Positions 50,989-60,504 of a stretch of DNA of 64,000 nt are shown here, piece by piece; the stretch's first letter is position 1, and each line of letters begins with the position of its first letter. The position numbers and the translations under genes were made by a program. Source of the stretch: an uncultured Candidatus Binatia bacterium (GTDB lineage Bacteria; Desulfobacterota; Binatia; UBA9968; CAXXLF01); NCBI GenBank assembly GCA_965218425.1, contig OZ244621.1:3904001-3968000 (forward strand), written 5' to 3'. Below the pieces are notes generated by a model. It did not search any database. It was not told the DNA's origin and saw only the letters and a list, made by a program, of their open reading frames with translations.

Positions 50989-51064
50989 CTCCGCGCTGAA
51001 GGGTTTGTCCTCAAGGCTCCACGGATGAACCGTCTGGGTCGTTATCTACAGAAAGGGTATCGCT

Positions 51065-51598
51065 ATGGAAGGTGCAGGGATTGTTTTAGACGCCATGGGA
51101 AGGATCAAGGAAACATTGCACGGAACTCTGACGGGCCTGACGGCAGAGGAACTCGCTCGGGAACCCAATCCTCCAATCGGCTGGCTTGCCTGGCGTCTTA
51201 CGCGATCTGACGACAGCCAGCTATCACGTTTGGCAGGATTGGATCAAGCCTGGATCGCCGGGGGTTGGCACGCAAAGTTTAACATGCCGCCCAATCCCAC
51301 GGACTTCGGCCCTAACCTTAGCCATACCCGGGAGCAGGTGGCTGCCTTCAAGGCACCCAATACGCAAACATTACTGGACTATTACGACACGGTTTACGAA
51401 CGGTCCAAGACCTATATCGCTACGGTAACGCCTCAAGAGCTGGACCGTGAACTCAACGAGCCCCGTTACCAGCCCTTGCCCACTCTTGCGGTGAGGCTGG
51501 TTAGCATCATCACCTCTGATATCCACATCTGCGGGCAGATTCTCTATTTACGAAGCCTCCACCGTCACGGTGGATGGTTCCCGAGAGAAGACCCCTGA
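51065..51598 (+). CDS. DinB_2/YfiT four-helix family protein
   Basis: GLTAEEL, NPPIGWLAWRL, IHICGQILYLR; first His ligand replaced by Arg. Confidence 0.8.
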   Translation: MEGAGIVLDAMGRIKETLHGTLTGLTAEELAREPNPPIGWLAWRLTRSDDSQLSRLAGLDQAWIAGGWHAKFNMPPNPTDFGPNLSHTREQVAAFKAPNTQTLLDYYDTVYERSKTYIATVTPQELDRELNEPRYQPLPTLAVRLVSIITSDIHICGQILYLRSLHRHGGWFPREDP

Positions 51599-51662
51599 AC
51601 CGCAGTTCTCCATAGTCTTCCAGGATCTCGATAACCGGGTCACTTTAACGAAGGTCTCCACC

Positions 51663-52469
51663 CTATCCCGTGGGTGGATTTTGCCGCGATCGCACCGGTT
51701 TGCCCGCACGGACATCTTCGCAGAAACTACGAACCGCTTCGTAGAAGGGTACTGCAACCGGGCCGTAGTTGGCCCGGGGCCGGTCCAACTGCTCGACACT
51801 GAAGCCGATGGTGCCATGGGTGACTCCGATATTGCCACTGCAGTCATCACCCGAGCCAAAGCCGCTGATGGTGGGGACAGTGACTTCCTCTGTGATACGC
51901 TTTGCTAAATCCGGGGGTACCCGCGTTAGCAACAGAGAAAAGGATCCCGCCGCTTGCAAGGCGCGGGCATCGTTCCAAACTTTTTCTTCTGCGACACTCG
52001 CCCCTTCCGAGCGATACCCCCCACTACCCATTGACGTCATGGGTGTCAGACCCATATGGGCCATCACGGGGATACCTGCCTTCACGATGGCTTCAACGGT
52101 GGGCGCGTACTCCGCTCCCACCTCTAACTTCACTGCCTGGCACTCACCCTCCTGAATGAGCCGGCCGGCGTTCCGGATCGCCTCCTCTTTGTTGACCTGA
52201 TAGGACATGAAGGGCATGTCTCCTATGACCAACGCGTGTTTGCTGCCCCGGCTCACGGACCGGGTCATCAGAACCATTTCATCCATGGTCACCGAATTAT
52301 TGTCGTCATGGCCCAACAGGTTCCTCCCGCCGCTGTCTCCCACAAGGATCATATCCACTTCAGCGCGGTCGATGATTTGAGCCATGGAAAAATCATAAGC
52401 GGTCATGACCACAATCTTTTTCTTTTCAGCCCTCATTCGATTTAAATCCGGAATAGTAACTCGTGCCAT
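51663..52469 (-). CDS. panB: Ketopantoate hydroxymethyltransferase-like protein (divergent PanB)
   Basis: MTAYD, ILVGDS, VTMDEM, GDMPFMSY, AVKLE, HMGLTP; LLLTRVP instead of LVLECVP. Confidence 0.8.
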   Translation of the reverse strand: MARVTIPDLNRMRAEKKKIVVMTAYDFSMAQIIDRAEVDMILVGDSGGRNLLGHDDNNSVTMDEMVLMTRSVSRGSKHALVIGDMPFMSYQVNKEEAIRNAGRLIQEGECQAVKLEVGAEYAPTVEAIVKAGIPVMAHMGLTPMTSMGSGGYRSEGASVAEEKVWNDARALQAAGSFSLLLTRVPPDLAKRITEEVTVPTISGFGSGDDCSGNIGVTHGTIGFSVEQLDRPRANYGPVAVPFYEAVRSFCEDVRAGKPVRSRQNPPTG

Positions 52470-52569
52470 GAGAACTCCTTTCCTTCTCAACCGTCCAAAT
52501 ATTCTAAGATCGATACCCGTTGCCTTTTGTCATGAGCACAATGAACGTACATTCATACTGTTGTCCAAC

Positions 52570-54003
52570 TCAACCCTTCGGCAACCACCCCGCCATATCC
52601 CACTTTTCCCAAACCTCTTTTCGTCGTTCCTTGCTAAACACATTGACGGGTGGAAAGTCCTTGATCCGATCGAAGGTCCGGCATCCGTTAAGAATCAGCC
52701 GTTTGTGCAGGATGTCTCTCTCGTTTATTCTATCCTCCATAGTGCGTAGCGGGTTAAAAAACCAATCACTCTGAGTCACGCTGACTCGCACACCGGTGGT
52801 AGGATCAAATCGCGTCCCAACCGCCCAAAGCACTTCGGAAGGATCCTCCGCGTTCACATCGTCGTCCACGAGGATAAGTAAACGACTCGGCAAATTAGTC
52901 TTGTCGAGGAATCTCATGATACGGTCCGCGTCATCCTCACTTTGCTGATCAACGGAAATGACCGTGGCCCCTAACACGGCAAGGCTCGCGATCCGTTTTA
53001 CGGGGAGTCCCAATTTTTGCATACGGGCGAGCATACCCGTGGCGGTACGCATGGAAAGGCCAAAGTGGTAAGAGCCCTTAATCGGCGCAAAGGGGGGCGC
53101 ACCGGTCAGAATTGGGTTGTTTCGGTAGTAGAGCGCCTTGACCCGAATGACTGGCTCTGCAATGGCTGTGGCCATATAGTATCCCGTCCACTCTCCAAAT
53201 GGACCCTCGGTCCTTGATTCCTCTTCAGGCGGAGGAATCTCTCCTTCAATGGCGATTTCGGAGCTTGCGGAGATGGGTAGACCGGTAACGGGACCCGCAA
53301 CGACAGGCACCGCCTCTCCGGCGAGGAATCCCACGTACTCGTACTCGGGTATATTTGATGGGCAGCCTGTTGCTCCCGACGCCGTGTGAAAGATGAGGGG
53401 TTCGGGACCGAAGGATACGGCCACGGGGCAATTCTTTCCCTCTTTCCAGTATTTGCGCATGATTTTCCAGCCGTCCTTGCCTGTACCGGGCAAGATACCG
53501 GTCGTATTGCGATCGTGGAGTTGCGCACGATAGGTCCCTACATTGGTAAAACCGGTTTCCGGATCCTTCTGGATCACGGCATGGGCGGTGCCGATGAAGG
53601 GACCTCCGTCTAGCTCATGCCAGGTGGGGACAGGGAATTGCAGCAGGTCCACATCGCTGCCCGTTTTCACGTTTTCGAAGATGGGTCCTCTGTCGACCCA
53701 AACCGGCGGAATCGGCTTGTAGGCTTCCCAGCGTTTCTGCCAGGTTGATATGAAATCGGCTTCCGGCAAATCTGGGTCGGCGCCAAGCAACAGCAGGGAC
53801 CGGCGTCTTGTGGAGCAAAGGTTGACGGCAAGCTTGTAATCAGGAGGATGACCGGCTACCCGATCAAACAGTAAGGCTGGACCTTGGTTCTCAAAGGACA
53901 GCTCGCAGATGGCACCGATCTCATGTTTTGGATTCGCCCCGCTGATACGATGGAGTTCGCCGTGCTCTTCGAGCTGTTGAAGGAACATTCTTAGATCTCT
54001 CAT
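52570..54003 (-). CDS. UbiD-family (prFMN) decarboxylase
   Basis: GPALLFD, HELDGGPFIGT, NVGTYR, EGPFGEWTGY, VDDDV. Confidence 0.9.
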   Translation of the reverse strand: MRDLRMFLQQLEEHGELHRISGANPKHEIGAICELSFENQGPALLFDRVAGHPPDYKLAVNLCSTRRRSLLLLGADPDLPEADFISTWQKRWEAYKPIPPVWVDRGPIFENVKTGSDVDLLQFPVPTWHELDGGPFIGTAHAVIQKDPETGFTNVGTYRAQLHDRNTTGILPGTGKDGWKIMRKYWKEGKNCPVAVSFGPEPLIFHTASGATGCPSNIPEYEYVGFLAGEAVPVVAGPVTGLPISASSEIAIEGEIPPPEEESRTEGPFGEWTGYYMATAIAEPVIRVKALYYRNNPILTGAPPFAPIKGSYHFGLSMRTATGMLARMQKLGLPVKRIASLAVLGATVISVDQQSEDDADRIMRFLDKTNLPSRLLILVDDDVNAEDPSEVLWAVGTRFDPTTGVRVSVTQSDWFFNPLRTMEDRINERDILHKRLILNGCRTFDRIKDFPPVNVFSKERRKEVWEKWDMAGWLPKG

Positions 54004-54069
54004 GGTACTCATCCCTTCCATTTATTATCAGTCTGTTTGAAGTGACCGTGCAAATGCAGACATCCGTTC

Positions 54070-55050
54070 TCACGATGACCCACTCGACGTGGGAGACCGT
54101 TCCGCCTCCCAATACGCCACACCCATTCCCATAATGCCGCTGTAAAAAGGTTCATAGGCCAGAACTCTGGCCGGTTGATCTCCAACCGCGCCTAGCAGGA
54201 CAATCCAACTCCTCATCTCAATATCCCCGTTATCGAGGAGATCCTTAGAGGTAAGCTCGGCAAGTTTTCCGCCCTGTCCACTGGACATTAGGTCTAGGCA
54301 TTTCCGATCAAACTCCTCGCTGATGGACCCATAGGTATAGGGGCCTGTGTAGTGCTTATAAGGATACCCCCCGGTGAAATGGGAAAGGCCGCCGGAGGCA
54401 TAAATAGCCACCCGCTCTCCCGAGGGCCGCCCCACGATAATTTGTTGCATCGCCTGACCCAACCGGTAGCACCGCGAAGGACTGGGCGCTGGCACATGAA
54501 TGGCGTTTACGAAGATAGGAACAACTGGAATATCCGCATCAGGGACAACTGTCCGCATAATGGGCGCGTGGGCATGGGCCAGGAGTTCATCGTTGGGAAA
54601 GGACCGGCAAAAGGACACATCAAACTCACGCTCGACGAGGCCGCTCAAAAGGTCTTGCGCCAATTCAGAATGGCAGCGATAACCGGGGCCTTTCTCGCGT
54701 CGCCCGTCGATTCGCTCCGTAGTATACAGGGAGTCGCCCGTGTAGATGGCAATCTGTGGCACGTTGTCGTCCTTGAAGTGTTCGTTCTGATCGTCTCCTA
54801 TAACCAGGAGCACATCCGGTTTCTTCGCCTTCAATGTCTCCCGGAGAAAGGTTAGCCCATCCCTCACCCGCTTGTACCTGGTGAGCCTCTCATCCGGAAT
54901 TTCCTGGGCAACCTTGGGATGAATGGGTGGCTCCTGGCCGTACCGGCGGGCATACATGGCCATGTTCATGTTCCGCCTCTGGTCCCAACTGCTGGGTTCA
55001 GACAAAGCAAAAGCATGAGAAGACGCCATACCCGCGACAATCTTTCCCAT
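54070..55050 (-). CDS. LigB-superfamily extradiol ring-cleavage dioxygenase (DesZ/MhpB-like)
   Basis: Start MGKIVAGMASSH; GDDQNE, AHAH, PVVPIFVN, ASGGLSH, EMRSW. Confidence 0.85.
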   Translation of the reverse strand: MGKIVAGMASSHAFALSEPSSWDQRRNMNMAMYARRYGQEPPIHPKVAQEIPDERLTRYKRVRDGLTFLRETLKAKKPDVLLVIGDDQNEHFKDDNVPQIAIYTGDSLYTTERIDGRREKGPGYRCHSELAQDLLSGLVEREFDVSFCRSFPNDELLAHAHAPIMRTVVPDADIPVVPIFVNAIHVPAPSPSRCYRLGQAMQQIIVGRPSGERVAIYASGGLSHFTGGYPYKHYTGPYTYGSISEEFDRKCLDLMSSGQGGKLAELTSKDLLDNGDIEMRSWIVLLGAVGDQPARVLAYEPFYSGIMGMGVAYWEAERSPTSSGSS

Positions 55051-55063
55051 TTTTTTCTCCTTT

Positions 55064-56305
55064 TTAATCTCGTTCCGACACCTGATGAGACATATATATT
55101 TCTTTTCTTTGCTCCGACGACTGTAAAATTCCCAAACACACCTCCAGGGTCGCCTCTCCCCATCGTCCGTCGTGGAGCATGGGCTTACCCAACACCACTC
55201 CGTTGTAAAGCTCTTCGATTTCGGCTTCCCGTCCGCGAACGCCAGGCTCGAGGGGAACCTCCTTTTTCTCATTGCCATAGATAAAAACGCCATCAGGAGA
55301 CTGCCTCATGTCTCCCTTCGTACAGGTCACCACGGTCAAGCCAAAAAACTGCTGGTGTCTTGTCTGGGACTCCGGACCGCCGCGCCCCCCGCCCTTCTCC
55401 CACCCATCGGGCATCTCTGGCCTTTCACCCACTTTGACGCTGCCGTAACGCATCTTTTCCTTCATCTCATCGAGGACTCGTTCTCTCTCACTACCGTCTG
55501 TTTCTTTTAATCTGTTGTAATTCTGCCTGGCTCTCATGTTTTTCTCGGGATATCTCGCTTGGCCCCCTTCTCCGATCCACCAAAAGAGTTCAGCCGTGTC
55601 AAAAAACCCATAGCCGTTAAATACGAGAGTCGCCGACACCCCGTCTTCAAACTCGAGGTAGCATGAGTAGCCTCCCTCACCAGGACGGGTAAGGTCCCAC
55701 CGACCCGCCATGGCACGAACGCTACGGACCTTGCCGCCGCCCAGCACCCGCACGAGGTCTACTTGATGCGGACCCTGGTTTAGAACCACTCCCCTGCTCA
55801 TTCTCAATGCATGATCGGGATAAGGCCGTACCATAAAATCGTTAAAATTCCACGTTTGGATCATGCAAAGGTCACCCAGTTCCCCGCTCCTGATGATCTC
55901 CCTCATCTTTCGAATTGGGCTATCATATCCGTGGCTGTGCCCGCACAGCAGCTTAACACCGTATTTCTCCGCGGCCGCATTCATTCGTTCACAGTCCTCA
56001 ACGGTGAGGGCCATGGGCTTTTCCACAACCACATGCTTGCGGTTTTCCAGAGCGACGAGGGCGTGCTGGGCGTGCAGTTCGTGGGGTGTAGCGATGTAGA
56101 CCACATCCACATCCGAGCATTGGCAGAGATCTTCCACGCTGTGATAGACTTTTGCCTCCAGTTCCTGCTGGACCAGTTTGAGGGAGCTCTCTCTAGTATC
56201 CGCTGCCGCAGTAATTTTAATCCTGGGACTATTGATATAAGCAGGCAGGATTTCGGTGGCCGCTTCTCCAAGGCCCAGGAGACCCAATTTCAAAACCCCA
56301 GACAT
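55064..56305 (-). CDS. Gfo/Idh/MocA oxidoreductase, phthalate 4,5-cis-dihydrodiol dehydrogenase (OphB)-like
   Basis: GLLGLG, ATPHELH, VEKPMA, QGPHQVDLVRVLGGG.VRSVRA..GRWD..RP, ATLEVCLGILQS. Confidence 0.85.
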   Translation of the reverse strand: MSGVLKLGLLGLGEAATEILPAYINSPRIKITAAADTRESSLKLVQQELEAKVYHSVEDLCQCSDVDVVYIATPHELHAQHALVALENRKHVVVEKPMALTVEDCERMNAAAEKYGVKLLCGHSHGYDSPIRKMREIIRSGELGDLCMIQTWNFNDFMVRPYPDHALRMSRGVVLNQGPHQVDLVRVLGGGKVRSVRAMAGRWDLTRPGEGGYSCYLEFEDGVSATLVFNGYGFFDTAELFWWIGEGGQARYPEKNMRARQNYNRLKETDGSERERVLDEMKEKMRYGSVKVGERPEMPDGWEKGGGRGGPESQTRHQQFFGLTVVTCTKGDMRQSPDGVFIYGNEKKEVPLEPGVRGREAEIEELYNGVVLGKPMLHDGRWGEATLEVCLGILQSSEQRKEIYMSHQVSERD

Positions 56306-56329
56306 AATCTTCCCTTTGCGGCGGCCTTT

Positions 56330-57610
56330 CTACAGGCGGACCTCAGCCTCCAAGTCCTTGGAGTGATCCTTCCACTCTTTGGAATTGGGTAGGACTCCGT
56401 TATAGGCAACGATCCGAAACCGATTGGCGTTAGGCTCGCGTACGACATTGCCGGGTTCCCGGCCCTCCATGAGGTCGTTGATTGCTTTAACCATAACCTT
56501 GCGTGCCGCTACGATCGCCATATCCATGGATGTGAGATGTTCCATGCAACGGTCCTGTACAGGACCCTGCCCTTCTGTGGCACAGAGATCCTGGATTACA
56601 AAGTCTATGCCGATGCCGGTGTAGCTCTGATTCTTCATGGCCTCTCTATCCTGCTGATACCGATTGGCCTTGTTGCGCGCCGGCTTATAATCCCGCGTTC
56701 GGTCACTAGAGCCGCGACTTGACCACGCTACGTCAACAGGTTTGTCACGGTTGAAAATGAAGGTATATTTCCAATGGTTCGTATCATCGATGGGCACGTG
56801 CCAATTGACCATGTAACCGTCTATCCCGCGTGGTACTCCCGGGAAGGCAGTAAAGTTAGGCATCACAAAGTCGGTCAAGTAGAGTTGATACTTGTCGTCT
56901 CCCATATCACGGCGAATTTTATAGCTCCTGACACCAATCCCGGTCAGTTCGGCGTCTGCCGCCTCATACTCTGCTGCCGATCCACGACCCCTAATCTGTT
57001 CCTCGGCGGGAAGCACGGCAGCGCCGACGTTCCCTCCAATGCCCCGGTTCATGCGGTTATAGTGCAAAAATGACAGATGAGATAGATCGATGTTGCCTTC
57101 GTTGGCCTGCAAATAGTTGCACTGGTGCAAGAGCTTTGTAGCAGAACGGAATTTCCCGGGACCGATCAGAAATTCATAGTTGGGGAACAGAGGAGGCTCC
57201 CCAGGCCCCAGGTATGCGAATATGGTCCCTGCCCGCTCCTCACAGGGATAGGCCGGGTGACGGATGGCCTCACGGTGTTCCCCCCCTCCAGGCTCGCCGG
57301 GCTGATCCAGACAACGCCCGTGAATGTCATAGAGCCAACCATGATAAATGCACCTCAACCCACCGTCTTGCACCCGACCGTAACTCAAATCCGCGCCCCT
57401 GTGGGAGCAGTGAATATCCAACAAACCCGGCCGACCCTGGTCATCCCGGAATAGGACTAGATCCTCCCCTAGGAGCCGAATGGGCAAGGGAGCCCCACCC
57501 GGAGGCAGTTCCTCTGAGAGAGCCGCGGGCTGCCAGTAGCGCCGCATTAGCTCCCCACAAGGTGTCCCGCGATCCGTTTGAGTTAGTAGCTCGGTCTCGT
57601 GCGTGGTCAT
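56330..57610 (-). CDS. Rieske non-heme iron oxygenase alpha subunit (phthalate 4,5-dioxygenase/LigX group)
   Basis: CSHRG..CIYHGW; EGNIDLSHLSFLH; QD..EGQG. Confidence 0.92.
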   Translation of the reverse strand: MTTHETELLTQTDRGTPCGELMRRYWQPAALSEELPPGGAPLPIRLLGEDLVLFRDDQGRPGLLDIHCSHRGADLSYGRVQDGGLRCIYHGWLYDIHGRCLDQPGEPGGGEHREAIRHPAYPCEERAGTIFAYLGPGEPPLFPNYEFLIGPGKFRSATKLLHQCNYLQANEGNIDLSHLSFLHYNRMNRGIGGNVGAAVLPAEEQIRGRGSAAEYEAADAELTGIGVRSYKIRRDMGDDKYQLYLTDFVMPNFTAFPGVPRGIDGYMVNWHVPIDDTNHWKYTFIFNRDKPVDVAWSSRGSSDRTRDYKPARNKANRYQQDREAMKNQSYTGIGIDFVIQDLCATEGQGPVQDRCMEHLTSMDMAIVAARKVMVKAINDLMEGREPGNVVREPNANRFRIVAYNGVLPNSKEWKDHSKDLEAEVRL

Positions 57611-57625
57611 AGCTCACCTCTTGGA

Positions 57626-59260
57626 TTATGAAACTTGACGCTTCCGCTTTTCAGCCTGGAACTTATCTCCTACCTCTGTGTATTTCCCTTGGCGAATCAA
57701 ATCCGCCTCTTCCTGCAAATCCGGGCTCCAATACCCCATCATGTAACCATGCCAAGGCTCCTGTAGTCTGGGAGTAGGCAGGTCATTCCGACTGCCCCAA
57801 ATCTGCAAGGCCCTCTCCATGTACTCTTTGCGGGGCAAAGCTAAAGGGGGGAATGGATACTTGCGCGTAGCATTGATCAGCGTGAGATAAAACTCCTTGC
57901 GGCCACCGGCACCTTCTTCCTCGTCACCCTTTCTTATGGGGGTAGCCGAAGGGTCAAGGCGTCCGCTTCTGTGAATCGCCGAAGGGTCAAATCGACGCTT
58001 TCCCCCAGGAACCACAAAGACATCGTCATTGGGCTGGGTACGAAAGCTCAAGGCCCACACCAAAAGCTCCGGGTCACGCAAATTAATGTCAGAGTTCACT
58101 GCAACCACATACTTGGCATCGGCATTGAGCGCGGCCTCTTGCAAAATTTCCGGTATAATCCCCTGAGGAGTTCCATCCCCGACGCGAATCAAACAAAAAT
58201 TGCTACCCCCTCCCATCTGGGGAAAATAAACCTCTTCAATGGGGAATTCGCATTCATACTTCAACCGATGGTACAGCTGGCCACTGTAGCAAAACCCAAA
58301 TACCAAATTACAATCGTTTGGTGCAAACCCCACAGGTATGGGCGTAAACATGGCGTTTTTCCGGTGCGTCACCGCCGTCACCTGCATCACAGGACACGGG
58401 TTACGGTCCACGTTGAGATGACCTGGGTACTCACCAAACGCACCCCGTGGCTCCAACTGTTCCGTTGACAGGACTCCTTCAATAACTGCTTCCGCATTGG
58501 CCGGAACCTCCAGGGGCACCGTGCGGCAACGAACCAGCTCCTCTGGCCTCCCAACGATTCCTCCCGCCACCCCCAGTTCATCCACACCGTAAGGAATCCT
58601 CGCCGAGCCCACCAACATCACAGCAGGGCTGGACCCTATCACAATGGCGATTGGCAGTCCCTCTCCGACCTTACGCGCCGCCTCCCTATGATAAAACATG
58701 GCATGCTTATTCGGACCAATGCCAGCCGCAATGCGATCCCTGCCGCGAAAAAACCCATTATAGGTCCCCACGTTTCGAACACCACTCCCGGGTTCTTTTG
58801 TGATCATCGGCAATCCCGTACGTATCATGCCACTAAACCCAGGTTCCTCCACGGGAACGGGCAACTCATCCAAACCTAACTCCTTAAGCTCGTCCCCCAC
58901 ATGGACCACCTCCTGAACCGGGCCATGGTCCACCACCACCGGAGACACCGGACGCCTGAGGCCGTCATGCCACTTCTCAAGCATCTCCACATAGGTCTCA
59001 CAACCGACTCCCAGGGCCAACACCTCCTCGGATACTCCGTATACACCCGACAGCACCGACATCTCATACTTTTTTCCGCTGGCCCCGACCACGTTGTCAA
59101 ACAAAAATATCTTCCGCTCCGATTCAGGGACACCCCTCATCTGTATTCGATAGAAGGGCATAAGTTCGGTGTCTTTGTTGATGGGCTCACGAAATCGATA
59201 GAGCTTTCCCCGCGCTTCAAGCAGTTCAACAAGTTCGCGCAGATCCCGACAGTATGCCAT
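57626..59260 (-). CDS. UbiD-family protein with non-canonical catalytic motifs
   Basis: DLRELV..LEARG, FLFDNV, LEVPANAEAVIEG; NVGTYN and PRGAFGE in place of GTYR and EGPFGE. Confidence 0.85.
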   Translation of the reverse strand: MAYCRDLRELVELLEARGKLYRFREPINKDTELMPFYRIQMRGVPESERKIFLFDNVVGASGKKYEMSVLSGVYGVSEEVLALGVGCETYVEMLEKWHDGLRRPVSPVVVDHGPVQEVVHVGDELKELGLDELPVPVEEPGFSGMIRTGLPMITKEPGSGVRNVGTYNGFFRGRDRIAAGIGPNKHAMFYHREAARKVGEGLPIAIVIGSSPAVMLVGSARIPYGVDELGVAGGIVGRPEELVRCRTVPLEVPANAEAVIEGVLSTEQLEPRGAFGEYPGHLNVDRNPCPVMQVTAVTHRKNAMFTPIPVGFAPNDCNLVFGFCYSGQLYHRLKYECEFPIEEVYFPQMGGGSNFCLIRVGDGTPQGIIPEILQEAALNADAKYVVAVNSDINLRDPELLVWALSFRTQPNDDVFVVPGGKRRFDPSAIHRSGRLDPSATPIRKGDEEEGAGGRKEFYLTLINATRKYPFPPLALPRKEYMERALQIWGSRNDLPTPRLQEPWHGYMMGYWSPDLQEEADLIRQGKYTEVGDKFQAEKRKRQVS

Positions 59261-59278
59261 ATAACCCCCTCCTATGAC

Positions 59279-60429
59279 TTACTTACCCCCCCTTCTCAAC
59301 GCCTCTTTGACTAATTTGTGGGCAGCAACGGCCGTCACCTCTGCTGAAGCCTCCAGGTATTTGACCCCCTTGATACGCCGATACTCCACCGGGATAACAT
59401 CTTTTGAAATGTCCGTTCCCATGGAGTTTCCAGAAGACGGGCTGTATGCAACAGAAATTCTCTGAAGGACCTCCTGTCCCTCACGCGAAAGCACCCAATT
59501 GATAAAAACCTTTGCCGCATTGGGGTGCGGCGCCCGATTGAGCAGGGCGATCACGCCGCGAATCGGCGTCAGGACCCCTCCTTCTTTAAATTGAGTTGGG
59601 TGAAACCCATTGACTGGGAGCCCTTGCGCCACAGCATCATCCGCACCCCGTGAGAAGAAATAAATGCCAAATTTTCCTACAGCCAGCCAATCCATCATCT
59701 GTCTATAATCCCGGCTTAACGCAACATCCATCTCGCCAAACAGTCGCCTTATAAACTTGGGTCCAAGGTTAGGGTGATGATAAAAGAGGAGAAGCCCGCT
59801 GCCACTAATGCCACGAACACGGGGATCCCTGGGATCGGGAACTATAATCTTTCCTTTCCATTTCGAGTCCACCAAGTCCCAGTAAGACTCGATTTCACCC
59901 GGATTCACGAGATTTGTGTTGTAGGCAATGTCCGCTGCCCGTACCGCCCCTTCAAAGACAAAGAAATATTTACCCTCGGCATCCGTATAGTGGTGTTTGC
60001 TCTTCCACCATTTGGACTGGTCCAAAACCTCCGGCAGGATGAAAGCAGGAGGCATGGGGTCCAGGATGCCCTTGTTCACGAAAAAACTGATTTGGGTATG
60101 ATCCTGTTGACCAAAAGAGATGTCCTTGATAAATTTGTTGGCCCGTCTTTCACTCAGCAGAACTTGAGTTCTTTGATGGACAGGACCGACGGTTCCTTCG
60201 ACGACCTTTATTCCAGGATATTTTTTTGAAATTCCCTATAGTACGCCGAAAACCCTCGCACAGTTGAAAGCACCACCCGCCCCTCTCTTGTCGCAGCTTC
60301 GACTGTTTTCCGCCATTGCGCTTGCCAGCCGGGTCTGCCCACACCCATTTGCGCACGGGACGCAGCCGGGAGCAAGTTGAATGTCGCGACTACTGCAAAC
60401 AGAAAGGAAAACTTTATAGCCTTCGTCAT
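59279..60429 (-). pseudogene. AfuA-like ABC SBP, frameshift in A7 run
   Basis: MTKAIKF signal peptide; one extra A at 60221-60227 restores FQKKYPGIKV..ERRANK..; APHPNAAKVFINW. Confidence 0.82.
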
Positions 60430-60504
60430 TGGGCACCTCACCTGATTTCTACAACCACTTGTCGGCGGCATGCGCAAATCGTAAATTTGCAAAGCGAGTG
60501 ATAT

